This document shows, one piece after another, positions 1-9,539 of a stretch of 64,000 nt of DNA. The notes under the pieces were generated by a model. That model was not told the origin of the DNA. It saw only the letters and a list, made by a program, of their open reading frames with translations, and searched no databases. The DNA is taken from positions 4,799 to 68,798 of the forward strand of contig JBJXHC010000037.1 in the NCBI GenBank assembly GCA_046160825.1. The letters are read 5' to 3'. The position numbers and the translations under genes were made by a program. This DNA comes from Bacteroidota bacterium. GTDB taxonomy: Bacteria > Bacteroidota > Ignavibacteria > UBA10030 > UBA6906. Every line of letters begins with the position of its first letter. The stretch's first letter is position 1.

Positions 1-256
1 TGGCGTATATCTCGCCCGTCTGGAAAGCGCGGGCAAGACCCAGGTCAAACGAATGCTTTTAATGAAGTAATCAGTTGGCGGTGACTCCTCGGGGGGTGCG
101 AGAATTACCCTAATGAAACAGACTTTATGCCTCAAAGCGAGAAGTAGAACAGACGACGTTTTATGCGGCGCCACTTGCCGGTTTTAACATAGATCGCTGC
201 AAAGCAGCAACGATCTTTATCAGATCAATCGTGCTCCATGAGAACATCAGAACACC

Positions 257-2116
257 ATGGGATTTTCTGAAAGAGCCCCAACAATCTCATCTCTCCAATC
301 GAGGAGGGTTGACTCAAAAGAACTTGAGCATATCGCCTTCTCCGGGAGAGACGAGATCGCGCATGGAATCTTCCGCAGCATCCCGAAGGAAGATCGCCAC
401 AGATATGCCAACAGATACATTCTCAATGAAGTGATTGCGGGTGGCATCAAGAAACTCAGGAAGCTCCTTGCGGCTTCGGCGGAAGAGTCCGCCGCCCAAG
501 AGAAGGAGTTTGTTGATGAAACGATCAATTTGTTCATCACCACCTGTCGCGACAACGGTACGCAACCGAGGGAATTATTTCTGTCTCTTCAGAACTGGAG
601 TGAGGAGCTGACACGATTATCGCTCCTTCAGGAAGCGCTGCATTACTATGATGAAGGGCTGGCGTTGGGGATACGCAAGTACCCGGACATGTACATCAGG
701 TCATTGATCGCAAAAGCGTCCGTACTAAATATAATCGGCAACTTCCGGGAAGCACAGGCAATCCTCTTCTCACTCGCAACGCGTCCGTACGTTATCCCCG
801 ATCGCAACCTTATCCCCGATGTCCTATTCAATCTTGGACGAGAGGCTTTATTGGCAGGAGACATAGCCCGTTATAAGAATTTGTTATTCCGCGGCCTGAG
901 GCATTTCCATACCCGTGTTGAGAATCGAAAACTCTTCGTTGAACAGATCACGAAGACCTACCGCCGCTCATTCAAGGTAGCGTTTGATACCCGGATTACT
1001 CTATCAGACAAGGCCGTCTTTTTCTTGCACCGGGTGTACTTCGCAGTAGATGGAGTACGGGCCCTGAAAGCCCTTCGCATAACCACCGCGTTGAAGGCGA
1101 TCTTACTGGGGTATGTCTATTGCCTCAACTATGGCCTGAGAGTTTCCGTAACAGATTTGCTTGCCAACGCACAAGATTATGCACCACCGAAACGACAGAT
1201 ATTCCTCAAACGGAGAAATGCGCTGGTCACGCGGGCTATGGGTGGAATCGGTGACCTCCTGATGATGACGCCCGGGTTCCACGAGTTCAAGAAGAGACAC
1301 CCTCGCGACGAAATCCACCTTGCCATACCAAAGCGCTACTTCCCTGTATTTGAGGGAAACCCCGATGTTAAGCTGGTCGACATCGACAAAGAGCAGTTTG
1401 ATTCATTCCAATACCGGCGATGGTTCAATTTCACAGACTGCCCCGCCTCGCGAGTGGAATCCCGCACCGCTCCGAAAGTGAAACAGGGACGTATCGAGAT
1501 TTTCGCCCGTGCGCTGGGGATCAATCCATCTACAGTCCGGCGCATGGACAAGCGTCCGCGATATTTCGTCTTGCCGGAGGAGCGGGCATTCCAGATCAAC
1601 TTCTGGAAGGAGCACAAACTGGAGGACAAAAACATCATCGGTATTCAGCTCAGATCGGACGAGGTGTACAGGGACTATCCACAGATGCAACAACTTGTCA
1701 ACCGATTGGTTCAGGATTACCACGTTCTGGTGTTTGATGCTGAAACGATACAGGGATACGACGATGAGCGCATCACTAAAATCGACGGACTGTCGATGCG
1801 ACGGGCGTTTGCGCTGGCATCTGCATGTAACGCGATCATAGCGCCGGATTCATCATTCGTGCACCTTGCCGCGGCATTTGACCTCCCGTGTGTTGCACTC
1901 TTTGGCCCAATCGATGGACATATCCGCACAAGGCACTATCCGCAATGCAAATATCTTGACAGCAAGGAAAGGCTCGGATGCGCTCCTTGTTGGCGCAACG
2001 AACAGATTCCCTGCAAACTCACAGACATGCGCGCCAGTGTGTGCATGGCGGACATCTCGATTGACGACATCTTCAACGCACTCACCGAGGTTCTACAAGG
2101 GAAAGCAGATCAATGA
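257..2116 (+). CDS. TPR-like N-terminal region fused to a GT9 (heptosyltransferase-like) glycosyltransferase
   Basis: 619-aa ORF. C-terminal half carries the GT9 hallmark 'MGGIGDLLMMTPGFHEFKKRHPRDEIHLAIPKRYFPVFEGNPDVKLVDI'. N-terminal ~300 aa is helical-repeat/TPR-like. Stop overlaps the next start (ATGA at 2113-2116). Confidence 0.7.
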   Translation: MGFSERAPTISSLQSRRVDSKELEHIAFSGRDEIAHGIFRSIPKEDRHRYANRYILNEVIAGGIKKLRKLLAASAEESAAQEKEFVDETINLFITTCRDNGTQPRELFLSLQNWSEELTRLSLLQEALHYYDEGLALGIRKYPDMYIRSLIAKASVLNIIGNFREAQAILFSLATRPYVIPDRNLIPDVLFNLGREALLAGDIARYKNLLFRGLRHFHTRVENRKLFVEQITKTYRRSFKVAFDTRITLSDKAVFFLHRVYFAVDGVRALKALRITTALKAILLGYVYCLNYGLRVSVTDLLANAQDYAPPKRQIFLKRRNALVTRAMGGIGDLLMMTPGFHEFKKRHPRDEIHLAIPKRYFPVFEGNPDVKLVDIDKEQFDSFQYRRWFNFTDCPASRVESRTAPKVKQGRIEIFARALGINPSTVRRMDKRPRYFVLPEERAFQINFWKEHKLEDKNIIGIQLRSDEVYRDYPQMQQLVNRLVQDYHVLVFDAETIQGYDDERITKIDGLSMRRAFALASACNAIIAPDSSFVHLAAAFDLPCVALFGPIDGHIRTRHYPQCKYLDSKERLGCAPCWRNEQIPCKLTDMRASVCMADISIDDIFNALTEVLQGKADQ

Positions 2117-3495
2117 CGCTCATGAGCAAACTGTGCGATGCCGCCGACTGGTTCCGGTCCGACATTCAAGACATCATCACAAATGAACTACGCGAAACGC
2201 CGCGCTTACACCGTAAGCAATGGGAATCAGCAATGATCTTCCTTAACCTCCGTCAAGCAGGAAAGTTGCGGCCCGACAGCCTGGGGCTTTCCATGGGTGG
2301 AGGAAGGGAGTTGATCATGTATGCCATTGCACCACATGTGCAGCAGCTTGTTGTCACGGATCTCTACGATATGCAAACCGATTGGGACTGCGCAAAAACC
2401 AACGACCCCGATGCACTCATCAAACTGAACAAACCCTTCCCGGTCGATGATGCAAAACTGAAAGCCTTGCGGATGGATATGCGCGATCTTCACTTTCCCG
2501 ACAAATCGTTTGACTTCTGTTATTCGACGTGCGCCGTGGAACACATCGGAGCGCGCGAGGACTTTCTGAAACACTTCAATGAGGTGGCCCGAGTTTTGAA
2601 AGACGATGGGGTGTATGTGTTCACTACCGAAGTATCGTATGCCAACGAGACAATCAAGGATGAGCATAACTATGTCTTCTCGTTGCAGGAACTGTATGAG
2701 ATCTTAGCGGAAAGCAACCTGATCGCTCAACACGAATTCGATGCGCGCATCACGCGCCACAAGATCAACTACCCGACCCCATCGAACTTGAAGAATCTCT
2801 CACACTTTACACCTGCGCTATTCACCGAACAAGTGCTCCGGGAAAATCCACATATTCAACTTATGCGGGGCAAGCATCCTTTTACGTGCGGGATTTTTGT
2901 CATGGGGAAGAGACCTGAAACTGCGAAATCACCTGTGACCGGATTCGTCGGACTAGATTCTTCAAGAACATTCATGAACTCCGGAACAGATGAATATCGA
3001 AGTCTCCTCCAATGCTCAAGCGTAAGCATCAACCCATTCTCGTCGTTGCCGGGAGAATCGTCCCGGTTCTTTGCGGACCACACAGAGTTCTTCTCTCACA
3101 GGGGATCAAGCAACGAGGATACAGAGACGGTCTTTCATTCTGACTACTTCTGGTTTGGTCAAGGAAAAAGGGTTTTCGATGTCATTCTGGATCCAATCGA
3201 CGCCGATGAATCGAACATTGAAGTCAGGGTTCACACATTCAAAACGCTTGCCTCAAGACAGGTCGACTGCATTGCAACGGCCTCCCTCAACATTGTCGGT
3301 TCCAACCGACTCGTTTACAGACTCGAAGTCGTTACCGATGAGGAGTGCAACTATGCCATTCTGGCCAAGGCCCGAAGGGGATCCTGTCTGTTCAAACATA
3401 TCGAAATCAAGAGCTACCCCTCGCAACTGGCGCCCCAACTGTCTGACATAACTCCATTTGCGAACGAACCAATCAACGAGCCGATAATCGTGTAG
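2113..3495 (+). CDS. Class I SAM-dependent methyltransferase with a ~200-aa C-terminal domain of unknown function
   Basis: SAM-binding motif I 'LGLSMGGGRELIMYAIAPHVQQLVVTDL' and post-I/II motifs 'DLHFPDKSFDFCYSTCAVEHIGAREDFLKHFNEVARVLKDDGVYVF'. The MTase core is followed by ~200 extra residues. Translationally coupled to the upstream gene. Confidence 0.75.
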   Translation: MTLMSKLCDAADWFRSDIQDIITNELRETPRLHRKQWESAMIFLNLRQAGKLRPDSLGLSMGGGRELIMYAIAPHVQQLVVTDLYDMQTDWDCAKTNDPDALIKLNKPFPVDDAKLKALRMDMRDLHFPDKSFDFCYSTCAVEHIGAREDFLKHFNEVARVLKDDGVYVFTTEVSYANETIKDEHNYVFSLQELYEILAESNLIAQHEFDARITRHKINYPTPSNLKNLSHFTPALFTEQVLRENPHIQLMRGKHPFTCGIFVMGKRPETAKSPVTGFVGLDSSRTFMNSGTDEYRSLLQCSSVSINPFSSLPGESSRFFADHTEFFSHRGSSNEDTETVFHSDYFWFGQGKRVFDVILDPIDADESNIEVRVHTFKTLASRQVDCIATASLNIVGSNRLVYRLEVVTDEECNYAILAKARRGSCLFKHIEIKSYPSQLAPQLSDITPFANEPINEPIIV

Positions 3496-3503
3496 GATCA
3501 TTC

Positions 3504-4268
3504 ATGGACATTGTAGCAAGACGTTTTACCTGGCAATACGCGGTCACCCAACTCAAACTGAAGTACCGCTACACATCACTCGGTTTCTTCTGGAATTTCC
3601 TGGAACCGGCGCTGTTTCTTGCCGTGCTCAGCCTGGTGTTTTCCGTTGTGAACAAAATGGAAATCGGGGACTATACAGTATTTCTCTTCGGCGCGCTCTT
3701 ACCATGGAGGTATTTTGAGAAGGTGGTGAATACCTGTATGGATTCTGTTGTGGGTGGCGAGTGGCTCCTGAAAAAAATATTCGTCTCACCGTTCTCTCTT
3801 CCCCTCACCCGTTGGATTGTCGCAACATTTGAAGTTCTCTTTTCGTTCGCCATGATGTTTTTATTCCTCGCGGCACTCAGACATCCGTGGACAATCCACC
3901 TCGTGATTCTTCCACTATCAATTCTCCCCTGGTCAATGCTTGGCCTCGGCGTCGGACTTATAGCCGCAGTGTTGTTCACCTTCTTTCGTGATGTTCGCAC
4001 GGTCGTTCAGTTGGTCTTGATGCTCGTCTTCTTCTCATCACCGATTCTCTTCAAGGCGGATGTGTTTCAAGCAAGCACGGTTCAGGCCTGGATGGTTAAG
4101 CTGCATCCCATCACTTACTTTGCAGCATTGTTTCAAAAGCCCATCTACGAGGCCATTTGGCCGGATGCAACCGACTGGGTCGTTTCATTCGGTGTTGCTA
4201 TCGTCGCACTTGCAATCGGAATCTGGCTGATGAACAAATACAAAAGCGAATTCTATTACCACCTATGA
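3504..4268 (+). CDS. wzm: ABC-2 type polysaccharide/O-antigen export permease (Wzm/TagG/KpsM-like)
   Basis: 254 aa, about six predicted TM segments. N-terminal 'QLKLKYRYTSLGFFWNFLEPALFLAVLSLVF' is typical of ABC-2 Wzm permeases. Its stop overlaps the wzt start (ATGA at 4265-4268). Confidence 0.8.
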   Translation: MDIVARRFTWQYAVTQLKLKYRYTSLGFFWNFLEPALFLAVLSLVFSVVNKMEIGDYTVFLFGALLPWRYFEKVVNTCMDSVVGGEWLLKKIFVSPFSLPLTRWIVATFEVLFSFAMMFLFLAALRHPWTIHLVILPLSILPWSMLGLGVGLIAAVLFTFFRDVRTVVQLVLMLVFFSSPILFKADVFQASTVQAWMVKLHPITYFAALFQKPIYEAIWPDATDWVVSFGVAIVALAIGIWLMNKYKSEFYYHL

Positions 4269-5017
4269 TCGCCATGACCACAATATTCAAACTCACCAAC
4301 GTCAGCGTCAGGTTTACACAACGGAAATTTATCCGACAAAGCCTGAAGCACACCGTTGCCAATTTCTTCATTGAACAGGAGCAGGAGAAGTTCCGTGCTC
4401 TGACCAATGTCAGTTTCTCCATCCAAGAGGGAGAGCACGTTGGGGTCATCGGCAGGAATGGCGCGGGCAAATCAACCCTTCTGCGTGTCATGTCAAGGGT
4501 AATAACACCACAGGAAGGCGGAGTGTATTCAAATGGACAGAAACACATTGTCCCATTGCTGGAACTTGGGATCGGATTCCATCCCGATTTATCGGGGCGG
4601 GAGAACTGCTATCTCTCGGGAACTCTCATGGGATATTCCAGGGTCGAAATGAATGACAAGATGGAAAGCATCGCTTCATTCGCGGGCATTGCGGAGTTCT
4701 TCGACCAACCGGTGAAGACATATTCTTCAGGAATGTACGCCCGGCTTGCGTTCGCCCTCGCAACAGACATCGAGCCCGAAGTTCTTCTCATCGACGAAGT
4801 GTTCGGTGTTGGCGACGAATTCTTCATGCGCAAGTGCATTCTTCGTATGCAACAACTGATGCAAGCAGGGACAACAACGGTATTCGTTTCACACAACCTT
4901 GACTTTCTCGCTACGCAATGTGACCGCTTGATCTGGCTGGAGAAGGGTACCCTTGTCATGGATGGAAACCCCCCCGAGGTTGCAGCCGCGTACAGAAGGA
5001 TGGAGATTGCTGCATGA
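4265..5017 (+). CDS. wzt: ABC polysaccharide export ATP-binding protein (Wzt/TagH-like), NBD only with no C-terminal carbohydrate-binding domain
   Basis: Start chosen at ATG 4265 ('MIAMTTIFKL...'); the track ORF extends upstream into wzm. Walker A 'GVIGRNGAGKSTLL', signature 'YSSGMYARLAFALA', Walker B 'LLIDEVF'. Only ~250 aa. Confidence 0.85.
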   Translation: MIAMTTIFKLTNVSVRFTQRKFIRQSLKHTVANFFIEQEQEKFRALTNVSFSIQEGEHVGVIGRNGAGKSTLLRVMSRVITPQEGGVYSNGQKHIVPLLELGIGFHPDLSGRENCYLSGTLMGYSRVEMNDKMESIASFAGIAEFFDQPVKTYSSGMYARLAFALATDIEPEVLLIDEVFGVGDEFFMRKCILRMQQLMQAGTTTVFVSHNLDFLATQCDRLIWLEKGTLVMDGNPPEVAAAYRRMEIAA

Positions 5018-6312
5018 ATTCGCACATCGTTGTCAATGCAACCAATCTTGGAAGATACATCGGAGGTATCGGTGTCTATGCACTCAATCTTTTGAAGGAA
5101 CTTCCGCAACTTGATAGCGATCATCATTTCATCATCTATATCAATCGAAGTTGCGCCGTTCATGTGAACGAAATCCCGTTCCCGGACAATTGCGAACTCC
5201 GTTGGGTAAGCAGTGTGGTCTCACCCGACCACGGCTTCATGGGGCACTTGCTGAGACTCTTATACTCAAACTATCTGGGTCTCAAACACAGAAGTTCGTT
5301 AGTATTTGCCGCAAGCCAACTAGAAGCGATCCTGTTCCGGCGGAATCAGATCATCATGGTTCACGACATTATTCCCCTCTTGTTCAGAACGCTGCATAAG
5401 AAACAGTACTACTATTTCAAGTACGTCCTGAGTCATGTTCTGCACAAAACACGATGGATCATCACTCCTTCCAACCATACAAAGGAGCTGTTGGTGCAGA
5501 CGTATGGGATTAACGAATCCAAAGTCGGGGTTATTCACAATGGTGTCCGCGACTCGCTATTCGAGAAAGGACAAGGTCGACAAGAAAAGAGCGACGGCAA
5601 TTTCATTCTCTTTAGTGGTAGAATGGTCCCCATGAAGAATCTCGTCGGAGTACTGAAGGCGTTCAGTCTTATTCAGGAGAAGATTTCTCACAGAATCGTT
5701 ATTACGGGTCATGACGGAGGCCGACTTTTGAAGAGAATATCAAAGACCTCCACGGATGGTTACTCGCCTGTAACTGCTCGCGTCGAATTCAAGGGACACG
5801 TCTCGGCAAAGGAAATGGATGACCTGATGAACCACGCGTCGGTTCTTGTCTTCCCTTCGTTTTACGAGGGGTTTGGTTTGCCACCGCTGGAAGGCATGGC
5901 GCATGGCTGTCCCGTTGTTGTCTCCAACGTGTCCAGCCTTCCTGAAGTGTGTGGCGATGCCGCAGAATATGTTGATCCATGCAACGTGCAAAGCATTGCT
6001 GAAGGTATGTACAGAGTTCTCACTAACAGCGCTGTACGAAAACACCTTATAGAAAAGGGGCTTGAGCGATCAAAGCTTTTCAGTTGGAAGGACTCTGCAA
6101 GGCAACACCTCAGGTTGTTCGACCAGGCGATTTACTCGAGTGGACCGAAGACCCAGATTCATCGTATTCAATCTGAAGGATTTGCAGAGATTCCCCTTTC
6201 GATTGGCGCACATAGATTCTATCGAATGGAAAGTGGCTCACCGCAACGAGGAATATCCAGGCCCCCTAACATGGACTTTGGATTACCGAAAGCGAAACGA
6301 ATTGTATGTTGA
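5014..6312 (+). CDS. GT4-family glycosyltransferase (GT-B fold)
   Basis: C-terminal GT1/GT4 motif 'FPSFYEGFGLPPLEGMAHGCPVVVSNVSSLPEVCGDAAEYVDP'. ATGA overlap with wzt at 5014-5017. Confidence 0.8.
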   Translation: MNSHIVVNATNLGRYIGGIGVYALNLLKELPQLDSDHHFIIYINRSCAVHVNEIPFPDNCELRWVSSVVSPDHGFMGHLLRLLYSNYLGLKHRSSLVFAASQLEAILFRRNQIIMVHDIIPLLFRTLHKKQYYYFKYVLSHVLHKTRWIITPSNHTKELLVQTYGINESKVGVIHNGVRDSLFEKGQGRQEKSDGNFILFSGRMVPMKNLVGVLKAFSLIQEKISHRIVITGHDGGRLLKRISKTSTDGYSPVTARVEFKGHVSAKEMDDLMNHASVLVFPSFYEGFGLPPLEGMAHGCPVVVSNVSSLPEVCGDAAEYVDPCNVQSIAEGMYRVLTNSAVRKHLIEKGLERSKLFSWKDSARQHLRLFDQAIYSSGPKTQIHRIQSEGFAEIPLSIGAHRFYRMESGSPQRGISRPPNMDFGLPKAKRIVC

Positions 6313-6333
6313 AATAGGAGACATAGGACAAAG

Positions 6334-7290
6334 ATGAGTTCATCAATCTCTGGGGGCACAATGTTCCTTTTCCCGTGTCTCCTCTTGATGTTTGTGATCC
6401 TTCTGGGGAGTGGGCCTGTCCCCAAGGGAGTACCTCCTCCGACCTTTGAGGATATCTATCCGATCTTCGAGGACAACTGCATCATGTGCCACAGCGGTCC
6501 AAAAGCATCGAGAGGCTTGCAGCTCAATAGCATGGAGAATGTGCTCAAGGGAAGTGAGAACGGACCGGTACTGAAATCCGGAGATCCGCGGGGGAGTGAA
6601 TTGATCCGAAGGCTGCGCGGCATCAGCACACCGAGAATGCCTCTCTCAGGACCGCCATGGTTGGATGAATCCGAGATTCGCCTGATTGAAGAATGGATCA
6701 CTCAAGGAGCGCCTGCCGGAAATCCAGTTTCATCCTCTAAGAAACCCCTCACTCCTGCAAACGAAGAAGAAGCACCCACTCGACCAGACAATGTAACGTT
6801 CAAGGATGTCGCTCCAATCTTGAAAGCACACTGTGTGAAATGCCATAACCACAAGGGTCTCATGGGACCGCCACCGGAGGGGCTCGTACTCGCAAGCTAT
6901 CGGGAGGTTATGAACGGAACCGAACGAGCATATGTCGTTCCCGGGAACGCGAATGCAAGTGAACTTGTCCGGAAGATCCGCGGGCAGTCACTCCCCCGCA
7001 TGCCGTTCGATGGGCCACCGTACCTTACAATTGAAGAGATCTCTCTTGTCGAACGGTGGGTAAGCCAAGGCGCAATGGATGGAGCCGGGGCAAAAGCTGA
7101 GATCCCTCTCGGAAGAAAGGTTCGACTCCGGGGGCGTCTTGTCGGTCCGGCACTACTCGACGGACTGGAATTCGAAATGAGAGACGGAGTCGAGACGAAG
7201 AAGGGAATCGCGATTGGAGATTATGTCGAGGTCCGTGGGCGTGTGACAATCGGGGGTGGCATAGAGGCCGAACGTATCAGGGAGAGGTGA
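6334..7290 (+). CDS. Secreted di-heme c-type cytochrome with two PSCyt1-like (planctomycete cytochrome c) repeats
   Basis: N-terminal signal peptide. Two internal repeats, each with a CxxCH site ('CIMCHSG', 'CVKCHNH') followed by '...PRMP..GPP.L...EI.L.E.W...GA', matching the PSCyt1 domain consensus. A ~90-aa C-terminal domain has no match I recognise. Confidence 0.65.
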   Translation: MSSSISGGTMFLFPCLLLMFVILLGSGPVPKGVPPPTFEDIYPIFEDNCIMCHSGPKASRGLQLNSMENVLKGSENGPVLKSGDPRGSELIRRLRGISTPRMPLSGPPWLDESEIRLIEEWITQGAPAGNPVSSSKKPLTPANEEEAPTRPDNVTFKDVAPILKAHCVKCHNHKGLMGPPPEGLVLASYREVMNGTERAYVVPGNANASELVRKIRGQSLPRMPFDGPPYLTIEEISLVERWVSQGAMDGAGAKAEIPLGRKVRLRGRLVGPALLDGLEFEMRDGVETKKGIAIGDYVEVRGRVTIGGGIEAERIRER

Positions 7291-7423
7291 GCGGCACCCC
7301 GGCCCCGGGACTCTGTCTCCTCAAAACGGCTCTGTTTGTATGGGAAACCGCACGATCTCTGCCGCCTGTTGAATCCCAACTTTCCATCCCGTATCTTGTT
7401 GACCAATAAACACAATCACAACT

Positions 7424-7747
7424 ATGGGGTGGGATATGTTGCGATATGCGTTTGCGATGGTAGTAGTCGGCGTTTTGTTTCTCCTAACTCCTGATGTTAC
7501 GTCGGCGCAGGCAAGCAAAAGACTGAAGGAAAAACAAACGACCAATCCCCAGAAGGAGAGCTGGGACCAGGTGGACAAGATTAATCGTGAAGCGGATGGT
7601 ACACGCTCGCGCAACGATCAAGCCCGCAAAGCCGGAAAAATTGACAAGAAAGGTCACACGGGAGGGAAGATTACAAAGCGTCACGTGTTGCCAACAACTC
7701 CGAAGTCAACGGCAAAAAAACAAAAGCCGGCTCCCAAACAAAAGTAG
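7424..7747 (+). CDS. Small Lys-rich secreted protein (hypothetical)
   Basis: 107-aa ORF. The hydrophobic N-terminus 'MLRYAFAMVVVGVLFLLTPDVTSAQA' looks like a signal peptide; the rest is basic and low-complexity. No homology recognised. Confidence 0.3.
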   Translation: MGWDMLRYAFAMVVVGVLFLLTPDVTSAQASKRLKEKQTTNPQKESWDQVDKINREADGTRSRNDQARKAGKIDKKGHTGGKITKRHVLPTTPKSTAKKQKPAPKQK

Positions 7748-7881
7748 AGTTGATCTCCGATGAACGGTATCCATCACATAGGATGCCGTTTTGCATTTGA
7801 AACCATTTCCTGTCCTCTGGCGTCTCATCCGGCAATTCCCGAATATAGATACATCGCACAACCCCAATCACCCAATTCTTC

Positions 7882-9387
7882 ATGATAATCATTTTCCTTG
7901 TCGCTCTTGCTCTCGTCTCGGATGATTCTCGTTCCAATTCTCCCGACTGGATTCGCGTCCACGAACTTACAGTCAGCGGTCTTCACCAACTGTACAGTCT
8001 TGAAATCGATGACGCGAGGCGAACATTCGACTCGGTGACCGCGATGGCGCCCGGAGATCCGCGCGGACCGTTCTTCCAGTCCGTGCTTCATTTCTATGTC
8101 TACAATCTGAACCGCAGTGAGCGCGAGCTTAACACATTTCTTGACAAGTCCGAAAAGGTGGTCGCACTTTGCGAAGACTTGCTTGACAGGAACAGTCGGG
8201 ATGTGACAACAAAGTTCTACCTCGGCGGTATCCGCGGCTACCGCGGACTTGCCTATCAGGCGAGCGGTTCGTACCTCAAAGCCGTACAGGAGGGACGTAA
8301 GGGATTTCTGCTTCTTGAAGAAGCGGTGACAGAAAAGCCGGATCTCTACGATGCCCACATGGGCTTCGGGTTGTTTAACTATCTTCTGGCCAAGATTCCC
8401 TCATCGCTGAAATGGATCGTGAGCATGCTCGGCTTCAATGGCGATCTTGAAGGCGGATTGCGCTCGTTGCGTTATGCGGCAGAGAGAGGGACATATACAC
8501 GTGCCGAGGCAAAGCTCTATCTCGCGCAGTTCTTGTTTTCCGAGGGAAGGCGCGATAGCGCAGTCCAATATCTGAACGAGCTGCGCCGGGAGTATCCGGA
8601 GAACACGCTCTTCACGGTTCTCTACGCATCGTTTCAACACCGCATGGACAACCTGGATGAAGCGATGCGCGCAGCGAACGCGGCAATAGAATTGAACAAT
8701 CGGAAGAACATCCGCTACGGCGATGAGCTTGCACACAGCACGCTCGGCAGTATCTATTACACGAAGAACGATTTCACGAACGCGGCAACCAACTACCGAC
8801 TCTACCTGAAAGCAACTTCCGATGAGGCACGCGTGCCAAACTTTACATTATTCCGCGGCGGCGTGGCGTGTGAGATCGGGGGAGATAGAGCAACAGCACT
8901 GGAATTTTATCGGCGTATGAAATCCGATGACCAGGCGCGCGGAGGTGGAGCGCAACAGTACCGCAGGGCCCAGGAACTCATCCGTCGACCCATGACAGAA
9001 GCAGAAATCTTGATGGTGAAAGCGGGGAATGAATCATCGCAAAAGAAATATGAGGCTTCCGCGGAATTATTCCGTGCGGCGCTCGCGAAGGCCGGCGACA
9101 ACATTGATCTTCAGGCGCGGGCATTGTATGGACTTCAACAAGCCGAGTTCGATTCGGACAAGCTCGCCGATGCCGGGAAGACATCACGCCGTATACTTGC
9201 ACTGAAGCCTGTCAATGAGCAGTGGATTATTCCACACGCATGGTTCAGGCTGGGACAGATCCATGTAAAGTCGGGAAGAAAGGCTGAAGCAAAGACGGCA
9301 TTTGAGATGGTGGATGAGTTTGATGATTACGAGTTCGAGGAGCGTCTTGAGCCGCGCGCAGAAGAGGAATTGGAGAACCTCGACTAA
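7882..9387 (+). CDS. TPR-repeat protein with N-terminal membrane anchor/signal
   Basis: 501 aa. Repeated TPR-like helices (for example 'AEAKLYLAQFLFSEGRRDSAVQYLNELRREYPEN'). N-terminus is hydrophobic. Confidence 0.7.
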   Translation: MIIIFLVALALVSDDSRSNSPDWIRVHELTVSGLHQLYSLEIDDARRTFDSVTAMAPGDPRGPFFQSVLHFYVYNLNRSERELNTFLDKSEKVVALCEDLLDRNSRDVTTKFYLGGIRGYRGLAYQASGSYLKAVQEGRKGFLLLEEAVTEKPDLYDAHMGFGLFNYLLAKIPSSLKWIVSMLGFNGDLEGGLRSLRYAAERGTYTRAEAKLYLAQFLFSEGRRDSAVQYLNELRREYPENTLFTVLYASFQHRMDNLDEAMRAANAAIELNNRKNIRYGDELAHSTLGSIYYTKNDFTNAATNYRLYLKATSDEARVPNFTLFRGGVACEIGGDRATALEFYRRMKSDDQARGGGAQQYRRAQELIRRPMTEAEILMVKAGNESSQKKYEASAELFRAALAKAGDNIDLQARALYGLQQAEFDSDKLADAGKTSRRILALKPVNEQWIIPHAWFRLGQIHVKSGRKAEAKTAFEMVDEFDDYEFEERLEPRAEEELENLD

Positions 9388-9408
9388 ATATATCCTTCCC
9401 TCAAAGAC

Positions 9409-9437
9409 AAACACCGCCCCGGTTTGAGGCGGTGTTT
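9409..9437 (+). terminator. Rho-independent terminator-like hairpin after the TPR gene
   Basis: Perfect 10-bp stem AAACACCGCC / GGCGGTGTTT with a 9-nt loop, followed by 'GAGGTTT'. Lies 22 nt after the stop at 9385-9387. Confidence 0.5.
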
Positions 9438-9539
9438 GAGGTTTACTTCCACCAGCAGCGCATTGCTTCCGGGGGTTGCTTTGATAAAATGAACTCCGCA
9501 TATTGCGTCCCGTTTCCTCTAAAATGAAAGGCCAACTCA

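Noticed and set aside
2-70. Possible 3' tail of an upstream plus-strand gene ('...GVYLARLESAGKTQVKRMLLMK*')
   Set aside because: Only 22 codons are visible. I cannot support a call from this fragment.
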